This document shows, piece by piece, positions 49,664 to 63,627 of a DNA stretch of 64,000 nt. The stretch is from Paramecium tetraurelia. Lineage: Eukaryota. Position numbers and translations under genes: made by a program. Below the pieces are notes generated by a model, which did not search any database, had not been told where the DNA came from, and worked only from the letters and a program-made list of their open reading frames with translations. The stretch spans positions 496,001 to 560,000 of the forward strand of contig CT867985.1 in NCBI GenBank assembly GCA_000165425.1, given 5' to 3'. The first letter of the stretch is position 1. Each line of letters begins with the position of its first letter.

Positions 49664-52600
49664 TCATATTCCATCATCAATAACTTCCTCTTCTTGGAAA
49701 TCATCTTCATTTTACTCCTATTATCTTCCAAATGGTTATTTTTTATTTTACTATGATTATTATTATTGTTATTATTGACTACCTACTTTTTATTTCATAT
49801 AATTCATAACTTTTTGTATCTAAAATTAAGTAAAATTTATACTAATTCTTAATCTAAATAAGGATTGAGTACAATGGATTTCTTCTGCATTTTCTGCATT
49901 TCCTCATAAGCCTTTTCATATTGCCCTTGAGCATAATAGTATTCGATTAATTCAGCAAAGATATCTCCTTATCTCACTGCATATTCGATGTTACTCTAAA
50001 TTTATACTATAAATAAATACATCATTTAATAACTTATAGTAGAGTTATAACATTTCTTATGGAGACTTCTATTTGGCTTGAACAAAATCATTGATTAATT
50101 TTAATTTCTATTACAATTATTATGTTTTCTATTGGTTTGTTGATTTATCTGAATATTTGATGGCTTCTTTTAAAGCAGCACAAGCCTTATCGTAATCTCT
50201 ATATTCATCGATTTCGACTGAAGAGCATGCTTCAAAGAAATTAGCCAAATGATCAAATGCTTTGGCTTTACTATAGAATTGTATAATGTGTTTCATCAAT
50301 TCAGGTGTTTTATGCCAGTCACCAGTTTAAAGATAATTACCAGCCAGAATATAGATTTCAGCCATTCTAGCATTATTAGCAAAGGCAATTATTTTTTCAA
50401 CATCACCCAATTTGCAAAGAGCCTTCATGGCTTTAACTCTTTCTCCCATCTGTATATACATTTTAGAGGCTTGTTCGAAATTGCCCATTTTCTTTGATTT
50501 CTCAGCAATAAGCAATTAAACTTCCTTCTTTCTTTTGTCATCTAGACCATCTAACATTTGTTTAACCAAATCATCAGTTATCTATAAACCTTAACTATCA
50601 CACATTTCTAAGACTTTTTCAAACTATTTTTTATTGATTAAATCTTGTAATGATCCTGGAGGTGGTGCCTTATCCCTTGATTAAGTAGATTATTATTATG
50701 GCTATTATTGATTACCTAATTTTTATTGTGATGGAGCTTCCTTCAATGAACCAGTATTAGTAAAGGTTAGGTCTACCGTTTCCTATTTTTAAAGTGCAAT
50801 TTCTTAATTGATCTTCTTCACATAATCTGTCAATTTTTCTTTTTGAGCCAACTACAACGCTTTTTGTAATTGTCCTCCTCTCATGTAAAGTAAAACTGCT
50901 TTATCAATAATTTTCTTTTATTCGAAATATATAGCTGATTGAATCATAATCAACTTTGGTGCTTACAATGAAATAGCAGTAACATCCGAAATTAAAATTG
51001 GCCTCCTTTGCCAATCTAATGGCTTCACTATAGTATTAAGCCTTTGTATAATATTAAATGGCCTCAGGGATAATGTTCTTGGGCTTCTAGATATTTGGCT
51101 AAGAAGTAATGGTGCTGCTGGATCATTCTTATCATTACAAGTCTCTTTGGCATGTCTCACATTATCTTGGTGTAATAACACTCTGACAATACCCAAGGCA
51201 TCATTTGAATCTCTATAGAACTTCATTGCTTCTTCGTATTGTTCCTATGACTCTAGATGATTACCCCACCATTTATAAAGCACTGGGTCTTTCTTTTATA
51301 GGACGTAGCCTTCCAAATATTATAATTCATCAGCCTCATAAAACATTCTAGGTATTTCTTTTTGTGCATTACCTGACTTTTCATAATATTGGATTGCCTT
51401 ATCCCACTCCTTGGAAATTTCATATTGTTTAGCCAATTTGTAATACGTTGATAAGGAGATTGATTCTGTCCGTGTTTCTTCCTGCGATTTCCAATGCCTT
51501 TTCCCATTATCCTTATGCCTAATACAATTTATTGAGTAAATCATATCTCTTGCATTAATAATATAGTTTTTCAGCTTCAGAGATCATATTTAATTGAATA
51601 GCAACCATAGCTAATTAAGCTTCAAATTCAGGTTCCTTCTTTGTTTCTCTAATTGCCTTAGCACCTCTAGCGAATCTCATGTTTCCTATACAAATTTCAG
51701 CGACATCCAATCTTCTGGTTTTGACACTCATCTAAGCCATTTTTTCCCAGACTGTTGGATTTTGAATAGCCTTTACAGATTTATAGGCCTCATCCAAATT
51801 ACCACAAGATAAATGATAGGAGAAATTAATGACAGCTCTTTTGGTTGGTTCATCCGCTCTTTCTAAGCCAGTGAAATCATTCATGAGGATATCTTAAATT
51901 CTATATGATTGTTCTTTTTTCTGAATTACATTAATATGTGGAATACGAATAGACAGTACTCCTTCTTGTTTTTCATCAAGTACATAACAATCTTATTCTT
52001 TGATTCCTGTCTATGGATTGAAAAAGAAAGTGAAAAACTTCTTAGCTCTGAAATCAGCCTATTCCTCTTCAACATCGTTTTCACTATTTGTTTTAATTTT
52101 AGTGCAGATAGTAGTAACTCCAAAGAACCTTGGATCTGAATAGTCCCACATTATTTAAGTAGCTTTTCTGTATTATGGTAATTCAAATGATTAAAAGTTG
52201 TTGTTCTCTGGATTATAAACAAAAAATAAGTCATTTTGATTTCCATGATTATCTGCTATTATAGCCACATTGGATCCATCACAATTGACAGCACATTATT
52301 TAATTGTACCTAAAGGACCCTTGTCATTTTCAAACTTGCAATTAAATCCTGAAAGTTGAGCTTCTCTTCTACTAAAATCATATAATCTAAAATAATTGTT
52401 ATGTGTCCAAATGACCATTGTTTTATTGTTGAATTCATAATTAGCTATGATTCCATCACTCTCTGAGAAATCAACAAAGTATTTTTAAACTCCTTTAAAG
52501 TTTGTTACTTCAAATTTGTATTCATAAAATAATATAAGATCTTCTTAAAATAGAGCAGCCTTCACACATTTCCTATCAAATGACGATTTAGCTAGAATTT

Positions 52601-53968
52601 AAGAATTATCTAAATAGATTTATTTGTTTATTACTTGTAAATTCACTTATCTCAATCTTATTTGCACTCTAAACCAAAAGATGTTACTGAGAACAATCAA
52701 TTGACTTAATAGGAAATTTGCTATCCCATAAAAACATTGACCAAGGTCCTTTCTCTTTGTCCTGATTTTAAGAGTCATTTTTAAAATAGATTAAGATTTT
52801 ATTATGTTCTACTTACAATACTCTAACATTCTCGTATATTTTGCCATGAACCAAAGATTCTTGAACTATTCTAACGGAATCTGCTGATCTTGCAGCAATA
52901 ACTCCACTGTTCTTACCAATAGCAATTTCATTGACTGTTTTATTAAGGGTAATTATTTTTAATGCCTTCCACTACTCACTTTCAACTGGAGATTCATCTG
53001 TCAATGCATAGTTTTTCCAAAATACCAACCTGCCATCTTTAGTTCCAGCTACTAAATTCTTTGATTTCTTGCTGTATTGAACACAGGTAATCTTATCATT
53101 TAATATCTTTTCATTAGGATATTATTCTTAAAACTCATGCAGAGTGATAACATAATTTTCATCTGCTTCCAACTAAAACATTCTAATCATATTTTCATTT
53201 GATGAAATTGCTATTAAACATTATCCAATCCAAACAGATTACAATGATTCTGGCTCTCCTGCTATTGATAATTTAACCTTTTTGTCTGGCTATGTCTTCT
53301 CACTTGTACTGATTTTAAATTAAACTAAAAGCAAACCACTTGTGATAATGATAACTGAATTATATTTCTCGTATATCATCAAGCATTTAATACTACCCAC
53401 GACTTTACAGACTTCTGAACAATGTTTACTATCATCAGCCAAACATACCAATCCTGACTTCCCACCAAAAAAGAATAAATTTTAAGCCTTGATGATATTA
53501 TTTAAATCAGCAAATATGCAAATTGTCATTATACCTTCTTTTTGGTATGTACTCATTGGCGTTATTCCTCTCCATACGACTACCAGACCCGATATATCTG
53601 CACTGACCATTCTAGATCCATTGGTGTTATATTGTATTAAATTAATTTCTTCTTTATGCACAGCTGATTCCTCCTTGGCAGTACGTGTATCCTCTTACCA
53701 TATTGTTATTGTGCCTAAATTATACATCTTAAAATCTACCATTCTACCACCCTATAGACAATTGTGGCTGAATAGGATGCCATGCTATTGCAGTCGGTTT
53801 CTAATTACGAGCCAATTCATAATCAAATTTCTCTCCTTAATCATTATACAGCATCACTCTAGATATTGTACAGATCGCTATAGATGGACTTATAGCACTA
53901 TGTGAAACCGACATCATTGTTATGGTTTCACTTTTTATTGATATCGTATGTTCACTCAAAATTGACAT
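49664..53968 (-). CDS. IFT140: Intraflagellar transport protein 140 (local frameshifts in the assembly)
   Basis: WD40 N-half (WHPI); [71 protein letters not shown]. Confidence 0.92.
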
Positions 53969-54895
53969 TTTTAATATTAAAATTCAAAATTGAATACTCT
54001 TGCTAACAAATCACTCAATCTCATTACTTCATTGAATTACCTATTCTATCGACTCTGCTTTTAGAAATCTAAACAGAAATCTCAAATTTATCCTCCTACT
54101 ACTTTTTCATAGTAAATTGCATATAATTAATTTGATTCCTAATTCCAATCAACTATCACTAAATTTCCTTAGATGTAGATGTCAGATAAGAGGTCAAACA
54201 AAAATAATTATGCGATCTTACAGATTAAAAAGATTTCATCATACATTGTTATAATCAAGGATTATAATCCTGATCGTATTATCGTAAATAAATTTGTTAA
54301 AATACAAAAGAATAATCCTTTTAGAGACATATTCATTGAAATAAAATCATAGTTTATATATGATGATAAATATTTTTCATTATTTAATTCAATTTGCTAT
54401 AGATTTGAGGGTTTTTATTCAAGTATTTCCTCCTCTGGTACGTTCAGGAGCATAAATAATACTGCTCTACACTCAGCAATAACCATAATATTACATAATA
54501 TTTTCTATTCTAAAAGCAAATTTTAATTTATATATTTCTTGAATTTTATTTTATACCTCAAATCATAGGGAAATATTGAAAATTTGAGGTGATTTGAGGT
54601 TTATTCATTGGTTTTTAAAACCAAGGGCCATATGAAAAAAGCAGAAGGAGGTAAAAAGTTTGAAAATGCTCAAATTTTATTAAATACCATTTATTTATCT
54701 CTATTCTTGAATTCAATAACCATTTTGGTATTTTATATTAAAACTAAATTATTTGGGAACTTAAATTCATAGTAGTTTTTCTTACTAATTTCAACATAGC
54801 ATAGTTTATACTTTGAATTAAGCAATTTTTATTATAACAATTTACTTTCCTCTCATCAATTTAACATGAAATTTTATAATATTAATTATCTTTAT

Positions 54896-56042
54896 ATGAT
54901 GCATCTAATATTGATGGTCTTAGCCGTTCTAGGATAGTGTAAATTAAACACAAAACCTCACTAGAATCATTTCGAGAATATATTCTATTATGAAGATGAT
55001 TATTACAAAGTAATGCACAATAAAAGATTAGAATCATCTGCGTGTATCCAAAGTTTATTGGAATGCCAATTTCAATAAGCGTCTAAAAGATGTGGACCCC
55101 AGATATTTATATTACAAGGATGGAGACATCAAAAGATATACAAAATATGATAAAATAGGAAGAGGAGCATTTTCTTAAGTTTTCATAGGACTTCGAGATG
55201 ATGGGGAGGCAGTGGTAATGAAAGAACTAAAACCAATGAAATGGCAGGCAATCAATAGAGAAATTCAAGTGTTGAAAGCTATAAAGGGGACAACAAATAC
55301 ATTGTAGTTGATAGATGCTATTAGAAATCAAAATAAGAAACAGAATGCTACTTTTATTTATTAATATTTAAGTAGTGTGAATTTACTTCACCTATTTGGA
55401 AAACTAGAATTACCAAAGATATAATTATACATGTACTAATTGCTAAAAGTATTTACAACACTTAAAAGGCTCTAAATTAAGTACATAGTAAGGGAGTAAT
55501 GCATAGAGATGTCAAAATGGCGAATATCATTATTAAAGAAGATGATACACTCTACTTAATTGATTGGGGCTTGGGAGAGTTCTACCATCCAAAAAAGAGA
55601 TATAACACTAGAGTAGGAACTCGCTATTACAAAGCTCCAGAATTGTTAGTCAATAATAAACAATACGATTACAGTGTTGATATGTGGGCCTTTGGTTGTA
55701 CATTAGCAAGCATGATATTTCAAAAGTAACCTTTATTCAAAGGCAAAGATGTCTATGAATAACTAGATAAGATTGTTGCAGTTTTGGGAACTGAGGATCT
55801 CCTTAAATATTTGGAAAAGTATGATCTTGTCTACCCTGATCCACCCATGTAAAGATTATATATATATATCTATCAGTCACACTTAACAGCCTTTTACTAT
55901 TTATATAGATCCTGAGAATGCGCATTTAGTTACAAAGGAAGGCTTGGATCTGATAAGCAAATTGTTGATTTATGATCATAAATTAAGACTTACAGCAGAA
56001 GAGGCTATGGCACATTCTTTTTTTGATGGTGTTCGAATGTGA
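54896..56042 (+). CDS. Casein kinase 2 alpha-like kinase with hydrophobic N-terminal extension
   Basis: [55 protein letters not shown]; an alternative in-frame ATG lies at 54866. Confidence 0.88.
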
Positions 56043-56056
56043 ATTAATATAATAAA

Positions 56057-56961
56057 ATGTAAAAATTAATTGCTCCTCTTTTGACTATGAATAATGGCAA
56101 TAAAATCCCATAGATAGGTTATGGTACTTACTAGTGTAGTGGAAAGGAACTGGTGGATGGAATCAAATATGCTTTGCAAGTGTAATGAGATTTATAATTA
56201 ACATTATTTTAGTGGGTATACTCATATAGATTCAGCATCTTACTATCAAAATGGCAAAGATATTAGAGTTCCTAAAAGAGAAGACTTTTTCATAACTTCT
56301 AAGATTGCCTCATCTGAACAAGGATATGAGAACACTTTAAAATCGTGCAAAAAAATCCTCCAGGATTTGGATACAAAATATCTTGATTTATTATTAATTC
56401 ATTGGCCAGGTGTTGCAGGTAATCAGCTCAACAGTCCTAACAATGCTACTGTGAGACTTTAAACCTATAAAGCTTTAGAGTAATTGTTTTAGGAAGGATT
56501 AATTAAAAATATTGGTGTTAGCAATTTTTTAAAACATCATCTTGAACATCTTTTGTTGAACTGTAAAATAAAACCTGTTATCAACCAAATAGAAGTACAT
56601 CCCTTATGCTGGGATCAAGCTACAATTGAATATTGTCGATAACAAAGTAATTTTAAGTAATATATAATTAGGCATCTTAATTGAAGCCTATTCTCCTATT
56701 GCTAGAAATGACCCAAAACTGATCCAGAATTAGAAAATGATAGAGCTATCCAAGAAATATCATAAGACTGTTGCCTAAGTTAGTTTAAGATGGGCTGTTC
56801 AGAAGGGATTTATTGTGTTGCCAAAATCAAAGACTCCTAAGTATATAAAAGAGAATTTTGAGATCTTCGATTTTCAAATTTCGGAGGAGGATATTAAGGT
56901 TATTGATTAACTAAATGAAAATTATCACACTTGCTGGGATCCTAGCACAGTTATTTATTGA
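56057..56961 (+). CDS. Aldo-keto reductase
   Basis: MNNGNKIPQIGYGT, HIDSASYYQN, FITSK, YLDLLLIHWPG, IGVSNF, NQIEVHP, LPKS; 2 introns. Confidence 0.93.
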
Positions 56962-57091
56962 GTTATTATTTATTTCTAAAAAGAATGATAGATATTGTAC
57001 AAATGATATTCATTTATTCATATATTTTAAAAAATACGTTTGAAAAGAACTCAATTCTTGGAATAACGAATACTATTAATAATTAAATTAA

Positions 57092-57429
57092 ATGGTGAGA
57101 CGTGTGATTGTGTTATTACTATTAGGAATAGTGCTTGGATTACAACCATATGAAGCTGATTTCTTGATGTTTGATTCGGATGGGGATAAGGTGCTGAAAT
57201 ATGATGAATTGAGAGCTCAATTTCCTACATAGAACCCATATAACACGGCTGATTTTGTTGCTTAATTCTTTCTAGATTATGATTCCAATGGAGGTATATT
57301 ACAATGATCATATGTTATTTAGATAAAATCATTGAGTTCAAGGAGTATTCAACCAAAAGAGAATAATAAAAATTAGAATAAGAATAATAATAGCAATCCA
57401 TAAGTTCTATGTATCATGATGATTTGTGA
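57092..57429 (+). CDS. Small secretory two-EF-hand protein ending HDDL
   Basis: Signal-like MVRRVIVLLLLGIVLG; DSDGDKVLKYDE and DSNGDKIIEFKE; one intron; ends YHDDL*. Confidence 0.75.
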
Positions 57430-57630
57430 ATCTTTAACAGTATTTTAGTTTATGCAAACACTTTACAACATCATATTTATTTCATTTTAATAATATCCTT
57501 TCACTTTTACTAATTTTTATTTTTAAATGTTCGCAAAATATCAATATTAAAAATCTAAACACACTTGATTAATAAATACGAATCATATCTATAAAAAATA
57601 TTTTTATTATTCTCAATATAAATTTTACAC

Positions 57631-59079
57631 TCAAAATGATACTAATGAAAAGATTTTTCTTAACAATCTCTAAGCCAACGATCCCTTTTCTGGCTTATTA
57701 AGAATGAATTTATCGACTGCCATACCTAAAATCTACAAGAAAAAGTATCCCATAGCAAGTGATGAAAATGTTAGAATGTTGAAAGGCATAGAAAAGTCTG
57801 GATACGGCTATCTTGTAACCTAATGCGAAGTCAAGTATAATTCCCCATTGAAAATTACTGGAGAGGTAATCTATTGTAATTAGGGTATAATCTTACAATG
57901 TCCTATCCTCTTTCAGGATCATGAGGGTATTCTTCAAAGCTTTTCAATTTTTTGCTAAACTTAATTTTAACTAAAAAGGTCTCATTTTAATTCAAATTTG
58001 CGGTAATAATAATTTTTTTTGTCTCACCTTCCCAAAAAAATTAGTTTTAACTTACTTTACTTGTTTCTAAGGTATGATAAATTGGAGTAAATTCATGTGG
58101 AAAATAAAGCAAAATGGTAGCAACCCCATCCTCATAGGCAGTCACTTATTGATGGATATAGGAATCAAAGGCAAACCAAGGTCCAGCACAGAACTTTCTA
58201 GTAGTTACTAAATTTATTATAATAAGTGATACTCTTAGGTTAGTATTTAATCATATTAGTATCATCTTATATTTTGCTTAACTGTCCCAATCTGAATTGT
58301 TTGGCTGATTTTAAGTTATATGTTATCGCTCTTGTAGAATGTTAAATTATTTCAGAATCAAATTCAGGACAGGAATGATAAGTCAGATTGGGATCTAGAT
58401 TAAAAATCTTAGACAAGGATTAAGTATCGTACTTGATGAGGAGTACAATTTTTTAAGTAGCTGTTTTGGTGGATATATCATATTCAAATTTGGCTTAGAG
58501 AGATAAATAGGTTGATCTAAATATTGTATTAGGATCAATAATCTAAGCTATTCCTTTCTTACCATTACATCCAAAATATTGTAGAATAAATTCTATTCCA
58601 TCAATGCAAATGTTATCAGTGGGATCATGTGCCAAAAGTACTTTGCCTACTTAGATTGTGTCATCATCAAATCCCATAAAGGAGAGTTGTGACTAATCTC
58701 CATTGAATTTATAATAATAAGCCTGATCATAGATCATATTGTATTTTGCAATTCTAAAAATTTCAGATACTTGATTAATAGCAATTAATTAATCAGCATC
58801 TTCGTTCGTTATAATAAGCACACCATGTTAGGGGGCATTAAGTTCAGGCATCATACCTTGTGTGGAGCTGATATATAATTCTCTGACTTTGCCATCTACA
58901 TGCAAATTTTCCAAATATGATCTAGGAAATAAGTAAAATGGTTATGAGATTTAAGTGAAATCAATTTAATGCTTATTAGTGATTGTGAATTGTGCAATTG
59001 ATTCATCAGCATTTGGGTAATGGAAGTGCAATTTTGATGTAAATTACGCTTAAACATAAACTAAGAAAAGTATTAACAT
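57631..59079 (-). CDS. PIGT: GPI transamidase subunit PIG-T/Gpi16 (~464 aa)
   Basis: FYLFPRS..VRELYISSTQG; DNIC..FGCNGKKGI; FEEYPHDPERG; PYPDFSMPFNI followed by a TM helix; 28- and 26-nt introns. Confidence 0.8.
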
Positions 59080-59414
59080 TAATTATTTTATAAACATAAT
59101 ATTACTAAATTTTGAGAATATTATAATATAAATTAATTTCTTAGTCTTAATTGTTTCACTAGAATCAATCAATCTGTAAGAACATAAAAACTATATTATA
59201 ATATGGAGATAATGATAATAAGAGTAATTTCATTACCCATTTTATTATGAATATGAAAGTTTATCAACTTTAGCATATTTTTAGAAATTGGAAGTTTAAT
59301 CCAATTGTCCTTGTATTTTAAAATACAAGAACTTTGAATTGGATTAGAGAGACAAGAATCAATCATTTATATTCTCCAGCATTTTTCTGAATTATTAAAA
59401 TTATAAAGATTTTA

Positions 59415-60847
59415 ATGTTTAACCTCACACTCAGCTTTTCTTAATTTGGTATTTAAAAGAGTCACTTTTAATTATATGATTGTTAAATAGAGAGTCTTAA
59501 TAATAAACAATTGTAAAGGGATAAATAACCAATTCATCTTGTCACAACAAAAATCAGAGAATTGTTATAGTACGCTGAAACAATTTCTGTGACTCCTAGA
59601 ACTCTTACTCATCCAAATGCAGGTATCTAAATGCGATAAACTTAGCTGTCTACAATGATGGATTGGATAATGAAAATTATGATCTAATTGTAAGACTGGA
59701 TGATGTTATAGTAAATCAAAAGACAAACAATTAATATATTGCTAAAGAATGGCTAGGTGTTGGTACTTTTGGTAGTGTTTATAGATGTTAGAAGAATAAT
59801 TCTAATTTTGCAATCAAAATAATAAAAAATATTAATGCATATAATTTACAAGCCATGAAAGAAATTAAATTGATTAGACTGCTGAATAAAAAATAGGAGC
59901 ATGAAAGCATAATTAAGTTGATTGATTATTTCCTTTTTAAAAATCATGTTTGCATAGTCTTTCCATTATTGGGATTTAATTTGGAAGAATTACTACAAGA
60001 AACAAAATATTAGGGTCTTTCATTGTGCATGATAAAGAATATTTTAAAATAAGTCATATCAGGATTAGAATTCTTGCACTCTTTAAATTGGGTACATTGT
60101 GATATCAAACCAGAAAACCTGTTATTTACTGAGTAACTTTTTAGGATTATTATAGCAACACAGCCAAATAAATTCAGATAATTGATTTCGGATCTGCATC
60201 TGAAGTAAACATCCATTTATATTATTATATCTAAAGTTTGTATTATAGAGCACCTGAGGTATGTCTAATATATTATGTATATCTAGATTATTCTAGGCTA
60301 CAAAAAGACTTGCGCTATTGATATGTGGTCATTAGGATGTGTGGCTGCTTAGTTATATCTAGGATATCCATTATTCTAAGGGACATCATCGTTTGATCAA
60401 CTCTCAAAAATTCTAGGATTAATTTCTATGTAATCTATAATTTATCACTAATATTAGTACCAACTTTGGGTTGATCTCCAATAGTCCAAAATGTGAGAAT
60501 TATTTTATTAGGTAGGACTAAAATTTTGAACTTAAACCTATGAAAATGTATGAGAATGAATTTAATATCAATCTACCTGATCCTGGAATATAAAATATAA
60601 CTGATATATAGGAGTTGTATTTGGAATTCAATAAATCAAGTTTAAGAACAATCCAAGGTTCAAATTGGTAAGAAACTTATAATTAGAGATGGCCACTATG
60701 GAAGACTTCGTAGATTTACTAAAGAAGTTACTAGAATTTGATCCAACATAACGAATCACCGCTAGCCAATGTTTGTAACACCCGTTTTTAAGAGACTTTT
60801 AATTTAATATTAACGACATTCTTAAGTAGGACTTATAATTTCAATGA
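59415..60847 (+). CDS. YAK1-like DYRK-family kinase
   Basis: PRTLTHP..NDGLDNENYDLI; LGVGTFGSV; HCDIKPEN; IDFGSA; YIQSLYYRAPE; the start codon is tentative. Confidence 0.85.
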
Positions 60848-60902
60848 TAAATAGATGAACTTCAAAATGTTGTGTGACAATATATATATATATAAATGGG
60901 TA

Positions 60903-61169
60903 TCATTCAATTTCATCTAGTAATTCCTGAATAGATTTAGAGTTTTCAGAAATTGGCTAGTCAATTAACATGAAAGGGTTTTTGCAAAACTACCGCCCCT
61001 TACTTACTTTATTAATTGTTTCAATCTACTCTAGTGTTGCTGGAGCAGATGCAGCTTTCCAGATTAAATTAAGAAGATCATTGAATTCTGTATTTTTTTC
61101 TGGCAACCCTATTATCTTTCTCTTTATAGGTATAGGCTGCAGAACATTGCTTTTAATACTAATCTGCAT
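60903..61169 (-). CDS. Hypothetical protein (88 aa)
   Basis: Clean ATG-to-TGA 267-nt ORF (MQISIKSNVLQPIPIKRK..KNPFML..). Confidence 0.5.
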
Positions 61170-61436
61170 TTTATTTTATTAATTAAATTAATAAATGAAG
61201 ACATGTAATACAAACACATATAATTTTAAATATTTTGTATCATTCATTACATTACATTACATCATATTAACCCATTCTAATCAAGTTGTATTTTAATCTG
61301 AATCAAATCTACAAATTGAAACAAATCGATAGAAGAAGTTAAATAAAAATATTAAGTAACGATACTTAGTTTTGGAGGGATAAAATTATTAAGACTAATA
61401 AAAATGAGTCAATATTAAAACAAATGTATTAAATAC

Positions 61437-62327
61437 TCAAATTATTTTACAACCTTCTTTATCGATATTTGATTTTAAGGTTTTATAATTGTGCAGTTTT
61501 GATACTAAAAAGTCAGATTCTTATTCATCTTTTGGAAACGCAATACAAAACCCTCCATCTCCAGCACCAGTCATTTTTGCAGGAACACCTTCTCTTTTGC
61601 AAATTCTCTAAATCTAATTAGATTGATTACAATTATATCATTTATCCTATCAGTGCAAATGCCTAACCTATTCAAAAGATCATGATTTTCATATATCAAC
61701 TCTTTCACAAGTCCTTCTTTAATTATTTATTCAGTTACTTCTGAAATTCTATTCAAAATTTATCTTCCATCCTTTTACTCAACACAATTTTTAACTTTTG
61801 CAATTGATCCCTCAGTTCCTTTTTATTTTCTATCGCCTGAATCAATTAGCAATATATTTTGAATAGGAAGATTAACTTTCTAAATCGGTTTTCCTATCTA
61901 AAATATACATATGCCACCATGATTAGTGACCTACACATCTAATCCGCTTCCCCTCTTACCATGAAATATATTCTCAATTTCAATTGCTTATTCAATAGAT
62001 CCATTCATAGCTTTGGATAATGCAACAGCAGAAAGAGGCTGAGGATCCTAATCCAGAACTAATGGGTACTTCAGATTCCACTTCTATTATTGAGGGTTTG
62101 ATATTTAAGATGCGTGCCACTTAAGCTAACTAAGAATTAGTATTATTTGAATCTAGATTCAAGACTTCATGCCAATCATTTCCCCATCTTATCTCTATTG
62201 AATTAGCTTTGTTTGAGTGTATTTTAATTTTGGTGTATTTATTGATGGCTGCACATAATGCTTTATGTCCATACACAACAGAATGCTCACCAGAAATGAT
62301 TATCTTGGCTGGTGCTCTTACAAACAT
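61437..62327 (-). CDS. MVK: Mevalonate kinase (one apparent +1 frameshift)
   Basis: APAKIIISGEHSVVYG; PISSGLGSSA; ENIFHG..SGLD; KMTGAGDGG; 23-nt intron. Confidence 0.85.
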
Positions 62328-62390
62328 AATTAAAATTGAATATATATAGAATTTATTGAAACAATCATTCCTTATACAACAAACCAAATT

Positions 62391-63555
62391 ATGATAGGAG
62401 TTAATGCCAAGATTGCTTAGAAGTTTGAAATTGGCTTAAGTAACCCTTATTCTTCGGATTCAAGTTTTTAAAACATTGAAACCCATTGGCTTTGATAAAT
62501 CATTTCAGATCTACATTTATTAAGAAGAAGAAGGAGACTGCAATTTATTCAAAGGAAAACATCAAGCTTGGAATTTGAACCTCGGAAAGTTTGAGCTACT
62601 CCTAGAGTAGAATAGCCTCCAACACATATTATTATGATGTCCGTTTAATTGAGATAAGATTATGGACCTTAAATAGAATGATAAAAGATCATGGAAGATG
62701 AAAGAAAGATTACGTAATAAACATATCTTAGATAATGAAATAGAGGGATACTAATCAAGAGAAAAAAATTGAATTAAGGAATTGAGCCTCTACTTATAAT
62801 GAGGATTAGTTTTGATGAATACAACTATGATCATATTTGTAATCTCTTTGCCACATGCAATAACTAAAGAAAGAAGGATGTTATTAGAATATTACTATGA
62901 TATTCCACTTATATATAGCAATTGTATCATTTCTTAACAAAAGGAAGTAGAGCTAGATGAAGGTAAACAAGTTAGTTAGAAAAGAAGAAAGACCATTATA
63001 GAATTGGAGGAAGATCAAAAACAATAGATCTAATTATCGCCTGGAGATAACCTTGGTCTAAAACATATCATAAGAACAAATCTATATGAAAAATTCATAT
63101 CATGTAAGATACTAACCTTAAAACAATCTAATTTAGAAGGATAGTTGTTTTATTTAGATCGTGATAAGTATATAAGAGTACTATTGAATAATAGAATTTA
63201 AACTTCATCTTAAAATAATGGGGCAGAGCAAAGTCTATAAAAAATAGTCAAACGCAAGCAAGATAGAAATACCTTAGATTGAAATATTGTTGTAAAGTAA
63301 ACCATGATAATGATTATACAAAATAAAAGCTTATATTACATACGTTAATTTTTCTTTTAAATCTTCAGCCACTACTTTGTGAGGATATTGTGAAGAAAAA
63401 GTTCAACTATTAATGGTTAAAAGTATAAGGAAACTAATAGTAGAAATTAGTGATATCACTTGTTTAATAAAACACTGAATATAATCATAACCGACATAAT
63501 CACAAAAGCAATATTGATAACAACCAAAAATCCAAAACAGAAGAATGATTGGTGA
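62391..63555 (+). pseudogene. Multiply frameshifted hypothetical gene (pseudogene or poor sequence)
   Basis: Coding-like segments in changing frames with several TGA. Confidence 0.35.
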
Positions 63556-63627
63556 ATATAATGTGTTTATTATTAAATCAAATGAAGATTGTATTAATTT
63601 AAAAGATTTAATTAAGATCTTTTAATC

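Noticed and set aside
54050..54600. Mirror open frames on both strands between IFT140 and the CK2-like gene
   Set aside because: With only one stop codon such frames arise easily; no clear start or motif
57636..57930. Apparent + strand ORF
   Set aside because: Explained as antisense of the PIG-T C-terminal exons
59298..59345. Perfect 20-bp palindrome CTTGTATTTTAAAATACAAG (59310-59329) with short outer inverted arms
   Set aside because: Roughly expected by chance once in 64 kb of AT-rich DNA; no other support
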